Positions 6,087-16,001 of a DNA stretch of 32,329 nt are shown piece by piece. A program made the translations under genes and the position numbers. The number at the start of each line of letters is the position of its first letter. The stretch's first letter is position 1. The notes under the pieces are model-generated. The model did no database searches. It had not been told where the DNA came from and worked only from the letters and a program-made list of their open reading frames with translations. Origin of the DNA: Bacteroidales bacterium (GTDB taxonomy: Bacteria > Bacteroidota > Bacteroidia > Bacteroidales > UBA1556); NCBI GenBank assembly GCA_029935325.1, contig JAOZKO010000002.1, positions 1 through 32,329 on the forward strand, read 5' to 3'.

Positions 6087-8366
6087 TTAATAACCTGAGT
6101 CATAAAGCTCATCATTACTGTTCTGTGTATTCCTTGAATTTACTTTATCACAATCCAGCTCGAGCATATCCAATGATGCTGGTCGTTCAAAATCTCCTTT
6201 TGATATATTTAGGGTGCTATCGGCATATACTTTCTTCATATAAATAGCCCAAATCGGCAGAGCCATATTTGCCCCTTGTCCGTAGTGAATTCCTCTAAAA
6301 TGTACTGAACGATCTTCAGCTCCAACCCATACTCCTGTAACCAAATCGGGCGTTAAACCCATAAACCAACCATCGGATTGATTATCAGTAGTGCCAGTTT
6401 TTCCTGCTATAGGATAGTTAATTTTATACTTATATCTTAATCTTACACCTGTTCCAAACTTTACAACTCCTTGCATTAGGCTTAGCATAAGATATGCTGT
6501 TCTTTCATCCAATGCATCAGTAGCTTCACTGGTAAAAGTTTCAATCACATTTCCGTTTTTATCCTCAATACGAGTAATGAAAATTGGTTTTTGATAAATT
6601 CCTTTATTTGGATATGTTGCTGTTGCACCAACCATTTCGTAAACCGATAAACTAGGTGTCCCAAGACATATTGCAGGTACGGGTTCCATATCTGATTTAA
6701 CACCCATCTTGCGAGCCAATTCAATTACTTTAGCAGGTTTAACGCGCTTAATTAAAAATGCTGAAATATAATTAACAGAATTAGCAAGAGCCCATTTCAA
6801 TGTAACCATCTCACCCTCTTTCTTCTTGTCAGAATTCTTTGGCGTATATGGCTTTTGTCCTGCTGGCATTGGGAAAGTTACTGGCACATTAGGCACCTGA
6901 GTACAAGGTGTATAACCTAATTCCTGCATAGCTGAAGCATAAACAAACGGTTTAAAAGTAGAACCAACTTGTCGTTTACCAGAAGTAACATGATCGTACT
7001 GAAAGTGGCGATAATCAATCCCACCAACATAAGCGCGTACAAATCCTGTGCTTGGCTCAACAGACATAACACCTGTTTGCAAAAAGTACTTATAATATAA
7101 TATACTATCCATTGGAGTCATTACTGTGTCAATCTCACCATCCCATGAAAATACTCTCATCTGAGTTGGTTCATTGAAGCTTAATAAAATTGAATCCTCT
7201 GGTACTTTTGCTTGCTTCATCCAATAGTATCGCGCACTACGCTTTACCGACTGACTCATAATACGGTCTTTCTGCTTTTTACTTAATCGGAAGAAGGGCG
7301 CATTAGGGTATCGTTTTTTATTAGACCAATGCTTAAAAAAGGTCGGCTGTAAATCTTTTCCTAAATGCTCCTGCACAGCTTCTTCAGCATATGCTTGCAT
7401 TTTAGAATTCAGTGTTGTATATATTTTTAGCCCATCACGATAAAGATTATACTTTTCTCCATCAGCTTTTTCATGGGTTTTACACCAATTCTTCAAATAA
7501 ATTCGTAGGTACTCTCTAAAATATGTTGCTGACCCGTCTTTATGGTCAACTAGGCGATATTTAGACATATCTAAAGGTAGTACTCTTAATGAATCATACT
7601 CCTCCTGACTTATATAGCTGTATATCTGCTGTTGCTTAAGAACGACTTCTCTTCTTTCAAAGGCTCTGTTTTTATAATTTTTTACAGGATTATACCGTGA
7701 TGGAGCCTTAAGCATCCCCACTAGCATACTTGCCTCTTCACGATTAAGCTCAGATGGTTCTTTGCTAAAATATGTTTTCGAAGCGGTTTTTATTCCAAAT
7801 GTATTACTACCAAATGTTACGGTATTAAAATACATGGCAATAATTTCGTTCTTGGTATAATTATACTCTAGTTTAGTGGCTATTACCCATTCTTTAAGTT
7901 TTTGAATTACTTTTCCTAGTTTTGAAACTTTGTCTCTTGGAAATAAATTTTTAGCTAATTGCTGGGAAATGGTTGATCCTCCTCCAGCACGATTTCTTGT
8001 GATAACTCCTTTTACTACACGTGCTAAAGCTCTTAAATCTACTCCACTATGATCGTAAAAGCGAATATCTTCAGTAGCAACTAGTGCCTCCACAAGATTG
8101 GGAGATAAATCCTCGTAATGAATATTGGAACGATTTTCAAAATAGTATTTACCAAGTAATACCTGATCTGCAGAGTATATCTCTGATGCTAGATTGCTTT
8201 TGGGATTTTCTAATTCCTCGAAGCTGGGCATAAAGCCCAATAGTCCTAATGAAATAGCATAAAATAATAGGAAAACAAAAACAAGTCCTCCAAAGAAAGA
8301 TATCCATAAGTACTTGAGTAATTTCTGGATACTAATGCCTTTTTTACTCACTTTCTGCTTGCTCAT
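6087..8366 (-). CDS. mrcA: Bifunctional penicillin-binding protein 1A (GT51 transglycosylase / transpeptidase)
   Basis: 759 aa with an N-terminal membrane anchor. GT51 motifs are EDIRFYDHSGVD and GGSTISQQLAKN. Transpeptidase motifs are STFKP (SxxK), SVN (SxN) and KTGTT. Confidence 0.95.
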   Translation of the reverse strand: MSKQKVSKKGISIQKLLKYLWISFFGGLVFVFLLFYAISLGLLGFMPSFEELENPKSNLASEIYSADQVLLGKYYFENRSNIHYEDLSPNLVEALVATEDIRFYDHSGVDLRALARVVKGVITRNRAGGGSTISQQLAKNLFPRDKVSKLGKVIQKLKEWVIATKLEYNYTKNEIIAMYFNTVTFGSNTFGIKTASKTYFSKEPSELNREEASMLVGMLKAPSRYNPVKNYKNRAFERREVVLKQQQIYSYISQEEYDSLRVLPLDMSKYRLVDHKDGSATYFREYLRIYLKNWCKTHEKADGEKYNLYRDGLKIYTTLNSKMQAYAEEAVQEHLGKDLQPTFFKHWSNKKRYPNAPFFRLSKKQKDRIMSQSVKRSARYYWMKQAKVPEDSILLSFNEPTQMRVFSWDGEIDTVMTPMDSILYYKYFLQTGVMSVEPSTGFVRAYVGGIDYRHFQYDHVTSGKRQVGSTFKPFVYASAMQELGYTPCTQVPNVPVTFPMPAGQKPYTPKNSDKKKEGEMVTLKWALANSVNYISAFLIKRVKPAKVIELARKMGVKSDMEPVPAICLGTPSLSVYEMVGATATYPNKGIYQKPIFITRIEDKNGNVIETFTSEATDALDERTAYLMLSLMQGVVKFGTGVRLRYKYKINYPIAGKTGTTDNQSDGWFMGLTPDLVTGVWVGAEDRSVHFRGIHYGQGANMALPIWAIYMKKVYADSTLNISKGDFERPASLDMLELDCDKVNSRNTQNSNDELYDSGY

Positions 8367-8374
8367 AAAATAAA

Positions 8375-8842
8375 TTATTCAGTTCTTTCTATACGTATTC
8401 CTACAGCCTTAATGCCATCTAAATCAAGCTCTCGCATAGCTTGCTCAAACCTAAAATGATAAACACCACTCATAGGGAAACGCCCACGCTTACGAAATAG
8501 TACTTGAAGGTCTTTGTTTTTTCCAAATCCACTACCTAGCCAGTTGCCATGTAAGTCGGCAAGAAATATTTCTGCCGTATCAATAGAGAACCTACCATCT
8601 GGAAAAACTGTTTTTACAAAAAGGTAAATATTGGAGTAATTATAATCAGTGGTATTTCGTATATTAATATAAAAGTTGAATGGATTAATAGTGTCAGTAA
8701 CATCAACTTCAAAGTCGATAATATCGCTATATTTCCATGGTTCTGTCACTTCTTCATTATGGTCGTAGAAGCTCTGGTTGCCACAAGAATACAGCAGTAT
8801 AAAGCTAAAACCAAATATTATATGTCGAAATAATTTACTCAT
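8375..8842 (-). CDS. gldH: Gliding-motility/T9SS-associated lipoprotein GldH
   Basis: 155 aa with a lipoprotein signal (FILLYSCGNQ). The family-like pattern is NIRNTTDYNYSNIYLF...PDG...DT.E..LAD..GNWLGSGFG...GVYHFRFEQAMR...GI.AVGIRIE. It sits between a PSP1 gene and a PBP1A gene; I recall a similar gene order for gldH in Flavobacterium but cannot confirm it here. Confidence 0.8.
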   Translation of the reverse strand: MSKLFRHIIFGFSFILLYSCGNQSFYDHNEEVTEPWKYSDIIDFEVDVTDTINPFNFYINIRNTTDYNYSNIYLFVKTVFPDGRFSIDTAEIFLADLHGNWLGSGFGKNKDLQVLFRKRGRFPMSGVYHFRFEQAMRELDLDGIKAVGIRIERTE

Positions 8843-10185
8843 TATTTACTCTGTTGATTTTTCTGACGATTGGGATTATTCCGATTCCTATTGGAGTTTT
8901 TATTTTTGTTTGGGTTAGGTTTATTACCTTCACCTTGATTTGCATTTGCTTTATTCTGTGGCCTAGGTCCTTTATTTGGTTTGCTTTTTTGATTATTGGA
9001 TTTATTATCCCTATTGCCATTTCTTGCATCAGCATTCCTTGGTTTATTCCTGTTTTTATTGCGATTGTTTTTTCCTCGATTTGACTTTTCTTTCTTATCA
9101 AACCTAGTAAGATCATCCTGTCCAATTACATTATCAAACCTTATTTCATCAGTTTCCAATTCTGTAAACTCATCCAATGTCTCAGGAGATTCACCTTTGG
9201 AGTTTTTCTCTAGAATTTGGCTTACATCATCTCTCATTATTGGAATAAACTTGGATGGATTATCGGTATAAGAATACCACATCATTCCACTAAGGATATC
9301 CATTTTCTGGAAAAATGCTTCACCATTTTGGGTCTTTAACCTAATATTTGTAGGAGGAAATTTAGCAACCTCTTCTTTATAATTATCTTGCTCAAAGTTA
9401 AGACAGCACTTAAGTTTTCCGCATTGGCCAGCAAGTTTTTGTGGGTTCATTGATAATTGCTGGGTCCGTGCTGTATTTGTAGAAACAGAATTAAAAGAAG
9501 TTAACCATGTACTGCAGCATAATTCACGACCACAGGATCCAATACCTCCTAGGCGACTAGACTCCTGCCTAACGCCGATTTGTTTCATTTCAATACGTAC
9601 ATTAAATTTCTCAGCAAGAATTTTTATTAGTTCTCTAAAATCTACCCTACCTTCAGCTGTATAATAAAACACTGCCTTGGTATTATCTCCCTGGTATTCA
9701 ACATCATTTATCTTCATTTGAAGATTAAGCTCCATCACTACCTTGCGGGTAGTAATCATAGTAGGGATTTCCAAAGCTGCTGCTTTAGTCCACTTTTCTA
9801 TGTCTGTATTCCGCGCTTTACGATAAACTTTCTTGATAAATGATTTTTTGGGATCCACTTGCTTTTTGCGCATTTGTAAACGCACAATTTCACCGCTTAG
9901 GCTAACTATCCCTATATCGTGTCCGGGACTGGATTCTACGGCAACTATATCGCCTACTCTTAGTATTTCACCTTCTGGAGAACGAAAGAATTCCTTACGA
10001 TTGTTTTTGAAGCGAATTTCAACAATATCAAAATATCGTTTTTCATCTACAAAATTAATATCACCTAACCAATCGTAAGCGTCTAATTTACAGCAACTAT
10101 GCTGATATATATCTTCGTTCTTCTGATAAGTAGTAGGGACATGACAACATCCCCTTGATTGAAAAGCTTCTTGATCAGAATGCAT
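8842..10185 (-). CDS. PSP1 domain protein (RicT/YaaT-like) with an 84-aa Asn/Lys/Arg-rich C-terminal tail
   Basis: 447 aa. It has a Cys-rich N-terminus (CCHVP...CCKLDAYDWL) and a PSP1 core (VEIRFKNNRKEFF...GDIVAVESSPGHDIGIV...GSCGRELCCSTWL...GQCGKLKCCLNFE). The last 84 residues are low complexity (KNNRNKNRNKPRN...NKNKNSNRNRNNPNRQKNQQSK). Its TAA stop overlaps the gldH ATG (TAATG). Confidence 0.9.
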   Translation of the reverse strand: MHSDQEAFQSRGCCHVPTTYQKNEDIYQHSCCKLDAYDWLGDINFVDEKRYFDIVEIRFKNNRKEFFRSPEGEILRVGDIVAVESSPGHDIGIVSLSGEIVRLQMRKKQVDPKKSFIKKVYRKARNTDIEKWTKAAALEIPTMITTRKVVMELNLQMKINDVEYQGDNTKAVFYYTAEGRVDFRELIKILAEKFNVRIEMKQIGVRQESSRLGGIGSCGRELCCSTWLTSFNSVSTNTARTQQLSMNPQKLAGQCGKLKCCLNFEQDNYKEEVAKFPPTNIRLKTQNGEAFFQKMDILSGMMWYSYTDNPSKFIPIMRDDVSQILEKNSKGESPETLDEFTELETDEIRFDNVIGQDDLTRFDKKEKSNRGKNNRNKNRNKPRNADARNGNRDNKSNNQKSKPNKGPRPQNKANANQGEGNKPNPNKNKNSNRNRNNPNRQKNQQSK

Positions 10186-10252
10186 TTGTTCTATGTTTAT
10201 TTATATATAGTTCTCCACAAATCTGTAAAATCTATGGATACGGATTAATATA

Positions 10253-10260
10253 CAAAGGTA
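10253..10260 (-). promoter_or_regulatory. -7 promoter motif for the PSP1-gldH-mrcA unit
   Basis: The minus strand reads TACCTTTG, and the PSP1 ATG is at 10185. Confidence 0.4.
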
Positions 10261-10511
10261 ATAAAAATGGATGCTGAGCTGTGTTTTTTTAGCTTTTAAT
10301 GCCTGATTTATTGTTACTAGCTTATAATAAGACGGTTAGGAGTAGGAGTATGAATTAGCATAAGAAGTCTGCCTAGCTGCGCAATTAGACATTTGAGAGC
10401 AAAATTAATTCTGTAGCTTTTGCATATTATTTATTCCAAGCTTTGAGAGATGAATTTTTATTTTTTGAAAAAATTCGATTATTTAGCCTAAAAATTATAT
10501 TCACAATTCAT

Positions 10512-10519
10512 TATCTTTG
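10512..10519 (+). promoter_or_regulatory. -7 promoter motif for rsmE
   Basis: TATCTTTG lies 16 nt before the ATG at 10536. Confidence 0.5.
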
Positions 10520-10535
10520 CATTAAATTTAGAAGC

Positions 10536-11252
10536 ATGCATTTATTTTATATTGAGAACACACAATGGATTGATTATAAATCTAAAATTATTCTTTTGCA
10601 AAAGGAGGAGGCTCGCCATGCTTTAAAAGTTCTACGACTAAAAATTGGTGATAATGTGCACGCTACTGATGGACAAGGCAATTGGTTTTATTGTAATATC
10701 TATGAATTAGGAAAGCGACATTGTACTCTTCGGATTATTGACCATCAAACTAAAAAAGGAAAGCGCAATTATAAAATTCATATTGCAGTTGCTCCTACTA
10801 AAAACATTAAGCGTTTTGAATGGTTTCTAGAGAAAGCTACAGAAATAGGAATTGATGAAATAACACCTATTATTACAGAGCATTCCGAGCGCCGGGAAAT
10901 GAAAATTGAGCGTAGCAATAGAGTAATAACCTCTGCCCTAAAACAATCCTTAAAAGCTTATCACCCTGTTCTTAACGAACCAATAAAGCTAAATGCGTTT
11001 TTGAAGGATGTAAAAGAACAAGAAAAATACATTGCACATCTTTTGGATGATAATCAAAAAAGCTTAAAAGATTTATGCCCACCAAATAAGGATGTCTGTA
11101 TTCTAATTGGCCCTGAAGGGGATTTTTCGAAATCAGAAGTAGAAATGGCAATGAAGTCTGGCTTTAGAGTAGTAAAAATGGGAAAAGAAAGATTAAGAAC
11201 CGAAACTGCAGCCCTAGTTGCTTGTAGTACTATTCATTTTATTAACGACTAA
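10536..11252 (+). CDS. rsmE: 16S rRNA (uracil1498-N3)-methyltransferase RsmE
   Basis: From the ATG at 10536 the protein starts MHLFYIE... It has a PUA-like N-terminus (EEARHALKVLRLKIGD) and the C-terminal SPOUT motif LIGPEGDFSKSEVE...RLRTETA. The track's upstream extension (TTG at 10443) runs through the promoter region. Confidence 0.9.
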   Translation: MHLFYIENTQWIDYKSKIILLQKEEARHALKVLRLKIGDNVHATDGQGNWFYCNIYELGKRHCTLRIIDHQTKKGKRNYKIHIAVAPTKNIKRFEWFLEKATEIGIDEITPIITEHSERREMKIERSNRVITSALKQSLKAYHPVLNEPIKLNAFLKDVKEQEKYIAHLLDDNQKSLKDLCPPNKDVCILIGPEGDFSKSEVEMAMKSGFRVVKMGKERLRTETAALVACSTIHFIND

Positions 11253-11253
11253 T

Positions 11254-11943
11254 ATGAGTTTTAAAAAATCAATATTAAGAAAATCTATTTTTACTCTTTC
11301 ACTTTTGCTTCTGTCTATAAGCTTGGGCTCTGCTTATGTTCCAAAGCTTAAGATTGCTTTAATAAAGTATAGCGGTGGCGGAGATTGGTATGCTAATCCT
11401 ACTTCTCTACCAAATTTAGCAGATTTCTGTAATAAACAACTGGGGACAAATATTAGTACTGATATTCCCACTGTAGAAGTAGGTTCCAAAGAGATTGTTA
11501 ATTACCCTTTTGTGCATATAACTGGGCATGGAAATATTGTTTTTTCAGCTGAAGAGGCAGAGAACTTACGAAATTACCTTGTGGCTGGTGGATTTCTGCA
11601 TATTTCAGATAATTATGGCATGGATCCTTTTATTAGGCCACAAATGAAAAAAGTATTCCCAAATTTGGATTTTATTGAGCTACCATTCTCACATCCTATT
11701 TACCATCAGAAGTATAACTTCAAAAAAGGGCTTCCTAAAATTCATGAACATAATGATAAAATCCCTCAGGGTTTTGGTATTATTTACCAAGGCAGATTGG
11801 TTTGTTTTTACGATTACGAATGTGATCTAGGTGATGGATGGGAAGATGCAGATGTACATAATGATTCAAAACAAAAAAGAATAGAAGCTCTGCAAATGGG
11901 AGCAAATATGATTTCTTATGTTTTTACTCTTAAGGAAGATTAA
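11254..11943 (+). CDS. DUF4159-like secreted/membrane protein
   Basis: The ATG at 11254 (MSFKKSILRK) lies 1 nt after the rsmE stop and is followed by a signal/anchor sequence. The KYSGGGDWYANPTSLPNL and FVHITGHGNIVFSAEEAENLRNYLVAGGFL blocks resemble the DUF4159 family as I recall it. Confidence 0.7.
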   Translation: MSFKKSILRKSIFTLSLLLLSISLGSAYVPKLKIALIKYSGGGDWYANPTSLPNLADFCNKQLGTNISTDIPTVEVGSKEIVNYPFVHITGHGNIVFSAEEAENLRNYLVAGGFLHISDNYGMDPFIRPQMKKVFPNLDFIELPFSHPIYHQKYNFKKGLPKIHEHNDKIPQGFGIIYQGRLVCFYDYECDLGDGWEDADVHNDSKQKRIEALQMGANMISYVFTLKED

Positions 11944-12090
11944 TGCTTTAGAACAGAAGTCAGAAAACCACTAAATTACTAATTCATAAAGCTTGTCAAA
12001 TTCAAATCATTAGCGTCAATAGATAAGCGATTCAAATAAAAAACATGACTATTGTTACTTTTTTAATTATCTCATGCATATAAAAAACAA

Positions 12091-12098
12091 TACTTTTG
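12091..12098 (+). promoter_or_regulatory. -7 promoter motif for pckA
   Basis: TACTTTTG, with the pckA ATG at 12164. Confidence 0.45.
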
Positions 12099-12163
12099 GA
12101 CTTTTATTTTAGAATGAAACAAACAAATTAATTATTACTTATTTAAAATATAATATAAATCTT

Positions 12164-13786
12164 ATGGAAAACTTAAAGAAATCAGTAGCTGATTCATTGC
12201 AAAAGCTTGGCATTAAGAACGTTAAAGAATTAGTGCATAATCCATCTTACGAAGTGCTTCGTGAAGCTGAATTAGATGCTAATCTTATAGGTTACGAAAA
12301 AGGACAAGTAACAGAATTAGGAGCTGTAAACGTAATGACAGGAAGATTTACAGGGCGTTCTCCTAAGGATAAGTTTATTGTTAAAGATTCTGTTTCTGAG
12401 GATACTGTTTGGTGGACTAGCGAAAAATCACCTAATGATAATAAGCCTGTATCTATTGAAGTATGGAATGATTTAGAAGTATTGGTAACAGATCACCTAA
12501 GCGAGGTTAAATTATATGTTATTGACGGATTTTCAGGAGCGAATAAAGACACTCGTCTTAAAGTTCGTTTTGTAATGGAAGTAGCTTGGCAGGCGCATTT
12601 TGTAAAAAATATGTTTATCAGACCTACTGAGGAAGAATTGCTTAATTTTGGAGAGCCTGATTTTGTTATTCTAAATGCTTCTAAAACGGTTAATCCAAAA
12701 TGGAAAGAACATGGAATGAACTCAGAAGTATTTACTGTTTTTAATTTGACTAAAAAAATGCAACTTATTGGTGGTTCATGGTATGGTGGAGAGATGAAAA
12801 AAGGTCTTTTTGCTATGATGAAATACTATTTGCCAATAAGAGGAATTGCAGCAATGCATTGCTCTGCAAATAAAGGAAAAGAAGGTGATGTAGCAATTTT
12901 CTTTGGTTTATCAGGTACTGGTAAAACTACGCTATCAACAGATCCTAATAGAGAACTTATTGGAGATGATGAGCATGGATGGGATGATAATGGAATCTTT
13001 AATTTAGAAGGCGGATGTTATGCCAAAACTATTGATTTGGATGCTGAAGCGGAGCCAGATATCTTTGGTGCTATTAAAGAAGATGCTCTATTGGAAAACG
13101 TAACAGTGGATGCTAATGGAAAGATAGATTTTACGGATTCTAGCGTAACTAGTAATACTCGCGTTTCTTACCCAATCTACCATATTCATAATATTGTAAA
13201 GCCAATATCGAGAGCTGGACATGCTAATAAAGTTATATTCTTAACTGCTGATGCTTTTGGTGTTATGCCTCCTGTTTCTAAGCTTACTTTAGATCAAGGT
13301 AAATACCACTTTTTATCAGGATTTACTGCCAAACTAGCTGGTACTGAACTAGGGGTAACAAAACCTCAGCCTACATTTTCTGCTGCTTTTGGAGAAGCTT
13401 TTTTATCACTTCACCCTACTAAATACTCTTCAGAATTAGTAAAGAGAGTTGAGCAAAACAATGCAAAGGTATATTTGGTAAATACAGGATGGAATGGAAC
13501 AGGTAAAAGAATTTCTATACAAGATACTCGTAGTATTATTACCGCTATTCTTAATGGTGAAATAGAAAATGCTCCAACTGCTACCATGCCTATTTTTGAT
13601 TTTGAAGTACCTACTAAACTCAAAGGAGTAAAAGAAGGAATTCTTTGTCCAAAAGATACATATTCTGATGTTTCAGAATGGAGAGGAAAAGCTGAAGATT
13701 TAGCTGCATTATTTATTAAGAATTTTGATAAATATACCGACAATGATGAAGGTAAGCGATTAGTTGCTGCTGGCCCTCAATTGTAA
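12164..13786 (+). CDS. pckA: Phosphoenolpyruvate carboxykinase (ATP)
   Basis: 540 aa with kinase-1a loop [11 protein letters not shown] and motifs [17 protein letters not shown] and NTGWNG, which are typical ATP-dependent PEPCK signatures. Confidence 0.97.
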   Translation: MENLKKSVADSLQKLGIKNVKELVHNPSYEVLREAELDANLIGYEKGQVTELGAVNVMTGRFTGRSPKDKFIVKDSVSEDTVWWTSEKSPNDNKPVSIEVWNDLEVLVTDHLSEVKLYVIDGFSGANKDTRLKVRFVMEVAWQAHFVKNMFIRPTEEELLNFGEPDFVILNASKTVNPKWKEHGMNSEVFTVFNLTKKMQLIGGSWYGGEMKKGLFAMMKYYLPIRGIAAMHCSANKGKEGDVAIFFGLSGTGKTTLSTDPNRELIGDDEHGWDDNGIFNLEGGCYAKTIDLDAEAEPDIFGAIKEDALLENVTVDANGKIDFTDSSVTSNTRVSYPIYHIHNIVKPISRAGHANKVIFLTADAFGVMPPVSKLTLDQGKYHFLSGFTAKLAGTELGVTKPQPTFSAAFGEAFLSLHPTKYSSELVKRVEQNNAKVYLVNTGWNGTGKRISIQDTRSIITAILNGEIENAPTATMPIFDFEVPTKLKGVKEGILCPKDTYSDVSEWRGKAEDLAALFIKNFDKYTDNDEGKRLVAAGPQL

Positions 13787-13812
13787 AGGCACTAGATAAT
13801 AGATATTTATAT

Positions 13813-13849
13813 AATGCACATTCTAATTTTATTGGAATGTGCATTTTTT
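13813..13849 (+). terminator. Rho-independent terminator after pckA
   Basis: A perfect 11-bp stem, aatgcacattc (13813-13823) / gaatgtgcatt (13835-13845), with an 11-nt loop. It runs directly into a T tract (13844-13849) and lies 27 nt after the pckA stop. Confidence 0.75.
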
Positions 13850-13927
13850 ATAGCTAAGAATTTCTTTGTGGATATAAGCTATATTAGACTTTGTAAACTT
13901 AGGTTGATATTATAAACAGTTTCTGAT

Positions 13928-13935
13928 TACCTTTG
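13928..13935 (+). promoter_or_regulatory. -7 promoter motif immediately upstream of ruvB
   Basis: TACCTTTG, with only 6 nt between the motif and the ATG at 13942. Confidence 0.4.
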
Positions 13936-13941
13936 CCCCCT

Positions 13942-14970
13942 ATGAACGAAAATCTTAATCCAGATAGTTCGCAACTATCTTCTGGCGAGCAGGAATATGA
14001 AAGAGCCCTTAGGCCTATCAGCTTTGATAATTTTAGAGGGCAGCCAAAGGTGGTTGAAAACCTTAAAATATTTGCTGAAGCTGCTAAACAAAGAGGAGAG
14101 GCATTGGATCATGTATTGCTTCATGGTCCTCCAGGTTTAGGAAAAACAACTCTTTCGTATATTATTGCCAACGAACTAGAGGTTGGAATAAAAGTTACTT
14201 CAGGTCCTGTACTTGATAAGCCTGGCGATTTGGCTGGCTTACTTACTAATCTTGAAGAAAATGATGTGCTTTTCATTGACGAAATACATCGCCTTAGTGC
14301 AATTGTAGAAGAATATCTTTATGCCGCAATGGAAGACTTTAAGATTGATATTATGCTGGAATCAGGTCCCAATGCAAGAACTGTACAGATAAATCTTAAC
14401 CCTTTTACATTAGTTGGAGCAACAACTCGCTCAGGACTTTTAACGGCTCCTTTGCGTTCACGCTTTGGAATAAACTCAAGACTTGCATATTATAATGCTC
14501 AAACATTGTCTAAGATTATTATTCGGTCCGCTAGTATTCTAAAAGTTCCAATTAAGGAGCAAGCTGCTATGGAAATTGCAAGAAGAAGTAGGGGAACGCC
14601 ACGAATTGCAAACGGTCTTCTAAGGCGTGTTCGAGATTTTGCTCAAATAAAAGGAGATGGAAATATTGACCTTAAAATAGTAAACTATTCATTGGAAGCA
14701 CTTAATGTTGATAAAAATGGCTTGGACGAAATGGATATCCGAATACTATCTACTATTATTGATAAATTTAAGGGTGGTCCTGTAGGACTTACTACCATTG
14801 CTACTGCCGTTGGTGAGGATGCCGGAACTATTGAAGAAGTATATGAGCCATTCCTAATAATGGAAGGATATCTAATGCGTACGCCAAGAGGTAGAGAAGC
14901 TACAGATGCTGCATATGAGCATATGGGAAAAACTAAGATTGGCTCATCAAAAGACCTTTTTAATTCATAG
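13942..14970 (+). CDS. ruvB: Holliday junction branch migration ATPase RuvB
   Basis: [12 protein letters not shown], Walker [11 protein letters not shown], Walker [10 protein letters not shown], sensor [18 protein letters not shown] and the C-terminal winged-helix region are present. I use the ATG at 13942; the track start at 13933 is TTG. Confidence 0.96.
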   Translation: MNENLNPDSSQLSSGEQEYERALRPISFDNFRGQPKVVENLKIFAEAAKQRGEALDHVLLHGPPGLGKTTLSYIIANELEVGIKVTSGPVLDKPGDLAGLLTNLEENDVLFIDEIHRLSAIVEEYLYAAMEDFKIDIMLESGPNARTVQINLNPFTLVGATTRSGLLTAPLRSRFGINSRLAYYNAQTLSKIIIRSASILKVPIKEQAAMEIARRSRGTPRIANGLLRRVRDFAQIKGDGNIDLKIVNYSLEALNVDKNGLDEMDIRILSTIIDKFKGGPVGLTTIATAVGEDAGTIEEVYEPFLIMEGYLMRTPRGREATDAAYEHMGKTKIGSSKDLFNS

Positions 14971-14978
14971 CAATACAA

Positions 14979-15917
14979 ATGAGTAAGCATACTTTTTCTA
15001 ATGAAATAAAACAAAAAGCTCTATTGCTAGGCTTCGACCTTTGTGGTATTTCTACCATTGAAGAGCTTAATGCCGAAAAGAAATTCCTTGAAAAATGGTT
15101 GAAGCAAAATTATCATGGCGACATGGCCTATATGGCTCGCAATATTGATAAAAGAGTAAATCCTTCGCTTTTGGTGGATGGTACTCAGTCTGTAATTTCT
15201 GTTTTATTAAATTATTTCCCCCAGAATAATCTTCATCCTGAAAGCCATTATAAAATTTCAAAGTATGCGCTGGGTACAGATTATCATTATGTGATTAAGG
15301 ATAAGCTTAAAAAATTAATGGAGTTTATTGAGCAGCATTATCCCAATACTCCCATGAGAGCATTTACCGATTCTGCTCCTGTATTGGATAAAAGTTGGGC
15401 CTTAAAATCAGGCTTAGGATGGATGGGGAAAAATACACTGCTTATTAATAAAAAGATGGGTTCTTTCTTTTTTATAGGAGAAATAATTATAGGAATGGAC
15501 TTGCAAGCAGATTCACCATTGGAAAAAGAATACTGTGGGAATTGTACAAAGTGCATAGATGCTTGCCCAACTGATGCACTGAAGGATCCTTATGTAATGG
15601 ATGCCACAAAGTGTATTTCTTATTTAACTATTGAGTCTAAAGATGATATCCCAATTGAACTAGTTCCAAAATTGAATAATTGGATTTTCGGTTGTGATAT
15701 TTGCCAAGATGTATGTCCGTGGAATTCAAAAGTTCAGCCCAGCACCGAATCATCTTTTAAAATAAGTGATGAATTAGCATTAATGAAAAAGCATGATTGG
15801 GAAGAAATAGAAAAACCACAATTCAAAAAACTCTTTAAATCATCGCCAGTGGAAAGAAGTGGATATAAAAAGCTTAAGACGGTGATTGATTTGATTAAAA
15901 ACACCTCACAACCCTAA
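14979..15917 (+). CDS. queG: tRNA epoxyqueuosine(34) reductase QueG
   Basis: 312 aa with ferredoxin-type clusters CGNCTKCIDACPT and CDICQDVCPWN, plus a conserved N-terminal GF..CGI region. It starts 8 nt after the ruvB stop. Confidence 0.9.
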   Translation: MSKHTFSNEIKQKALLLGFDLCGISTIEELNAEKKFLEKWLKQNYHGDMAYMARNIDKRVNPSLLVDGTQSVISVLLNYFPQNNLHPESHYKISKYALGTDYHYVIKDKLKKLMEFIEQHYPNTPMRAFTDSAPVLDKSWALKSGLGWMGKNTLLINKKMGSFFFIGEIIIGMDLQADSPLEKEYCGNCTKCIDACPTDALKDPYVMDATKCISYLTIESKDDIPIELVPKLNNWIFGCDICQDVCPWNSKVQPSTESSFKISDELALMKKHDWEEIEKPQFKKLFKSSPVERSGYKKLKTVIDLIKNTSQP

Positions 15918-16001
15918 GCTAGGCAAGCTATAAAAGTTAGGAATACAATAGACACAGTTTAGGTAAATAATCACAGATTTTTAGGAATTATTCTCTATTT
16001 A

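Noticed and set aside
8835-9271. Three overlapping ORFs (8835-9125 minus, 8854-9084 plus, 8996-9271 plus) that could be read as overlapping genes.
   Set aside because: They arise because the DNA encoding the Asn/Lys/Arg-rich PSP1 tail is low in complexity and poor in stop codons in several frames. Their translations are Ile/Phe/Pro repeats with no features.
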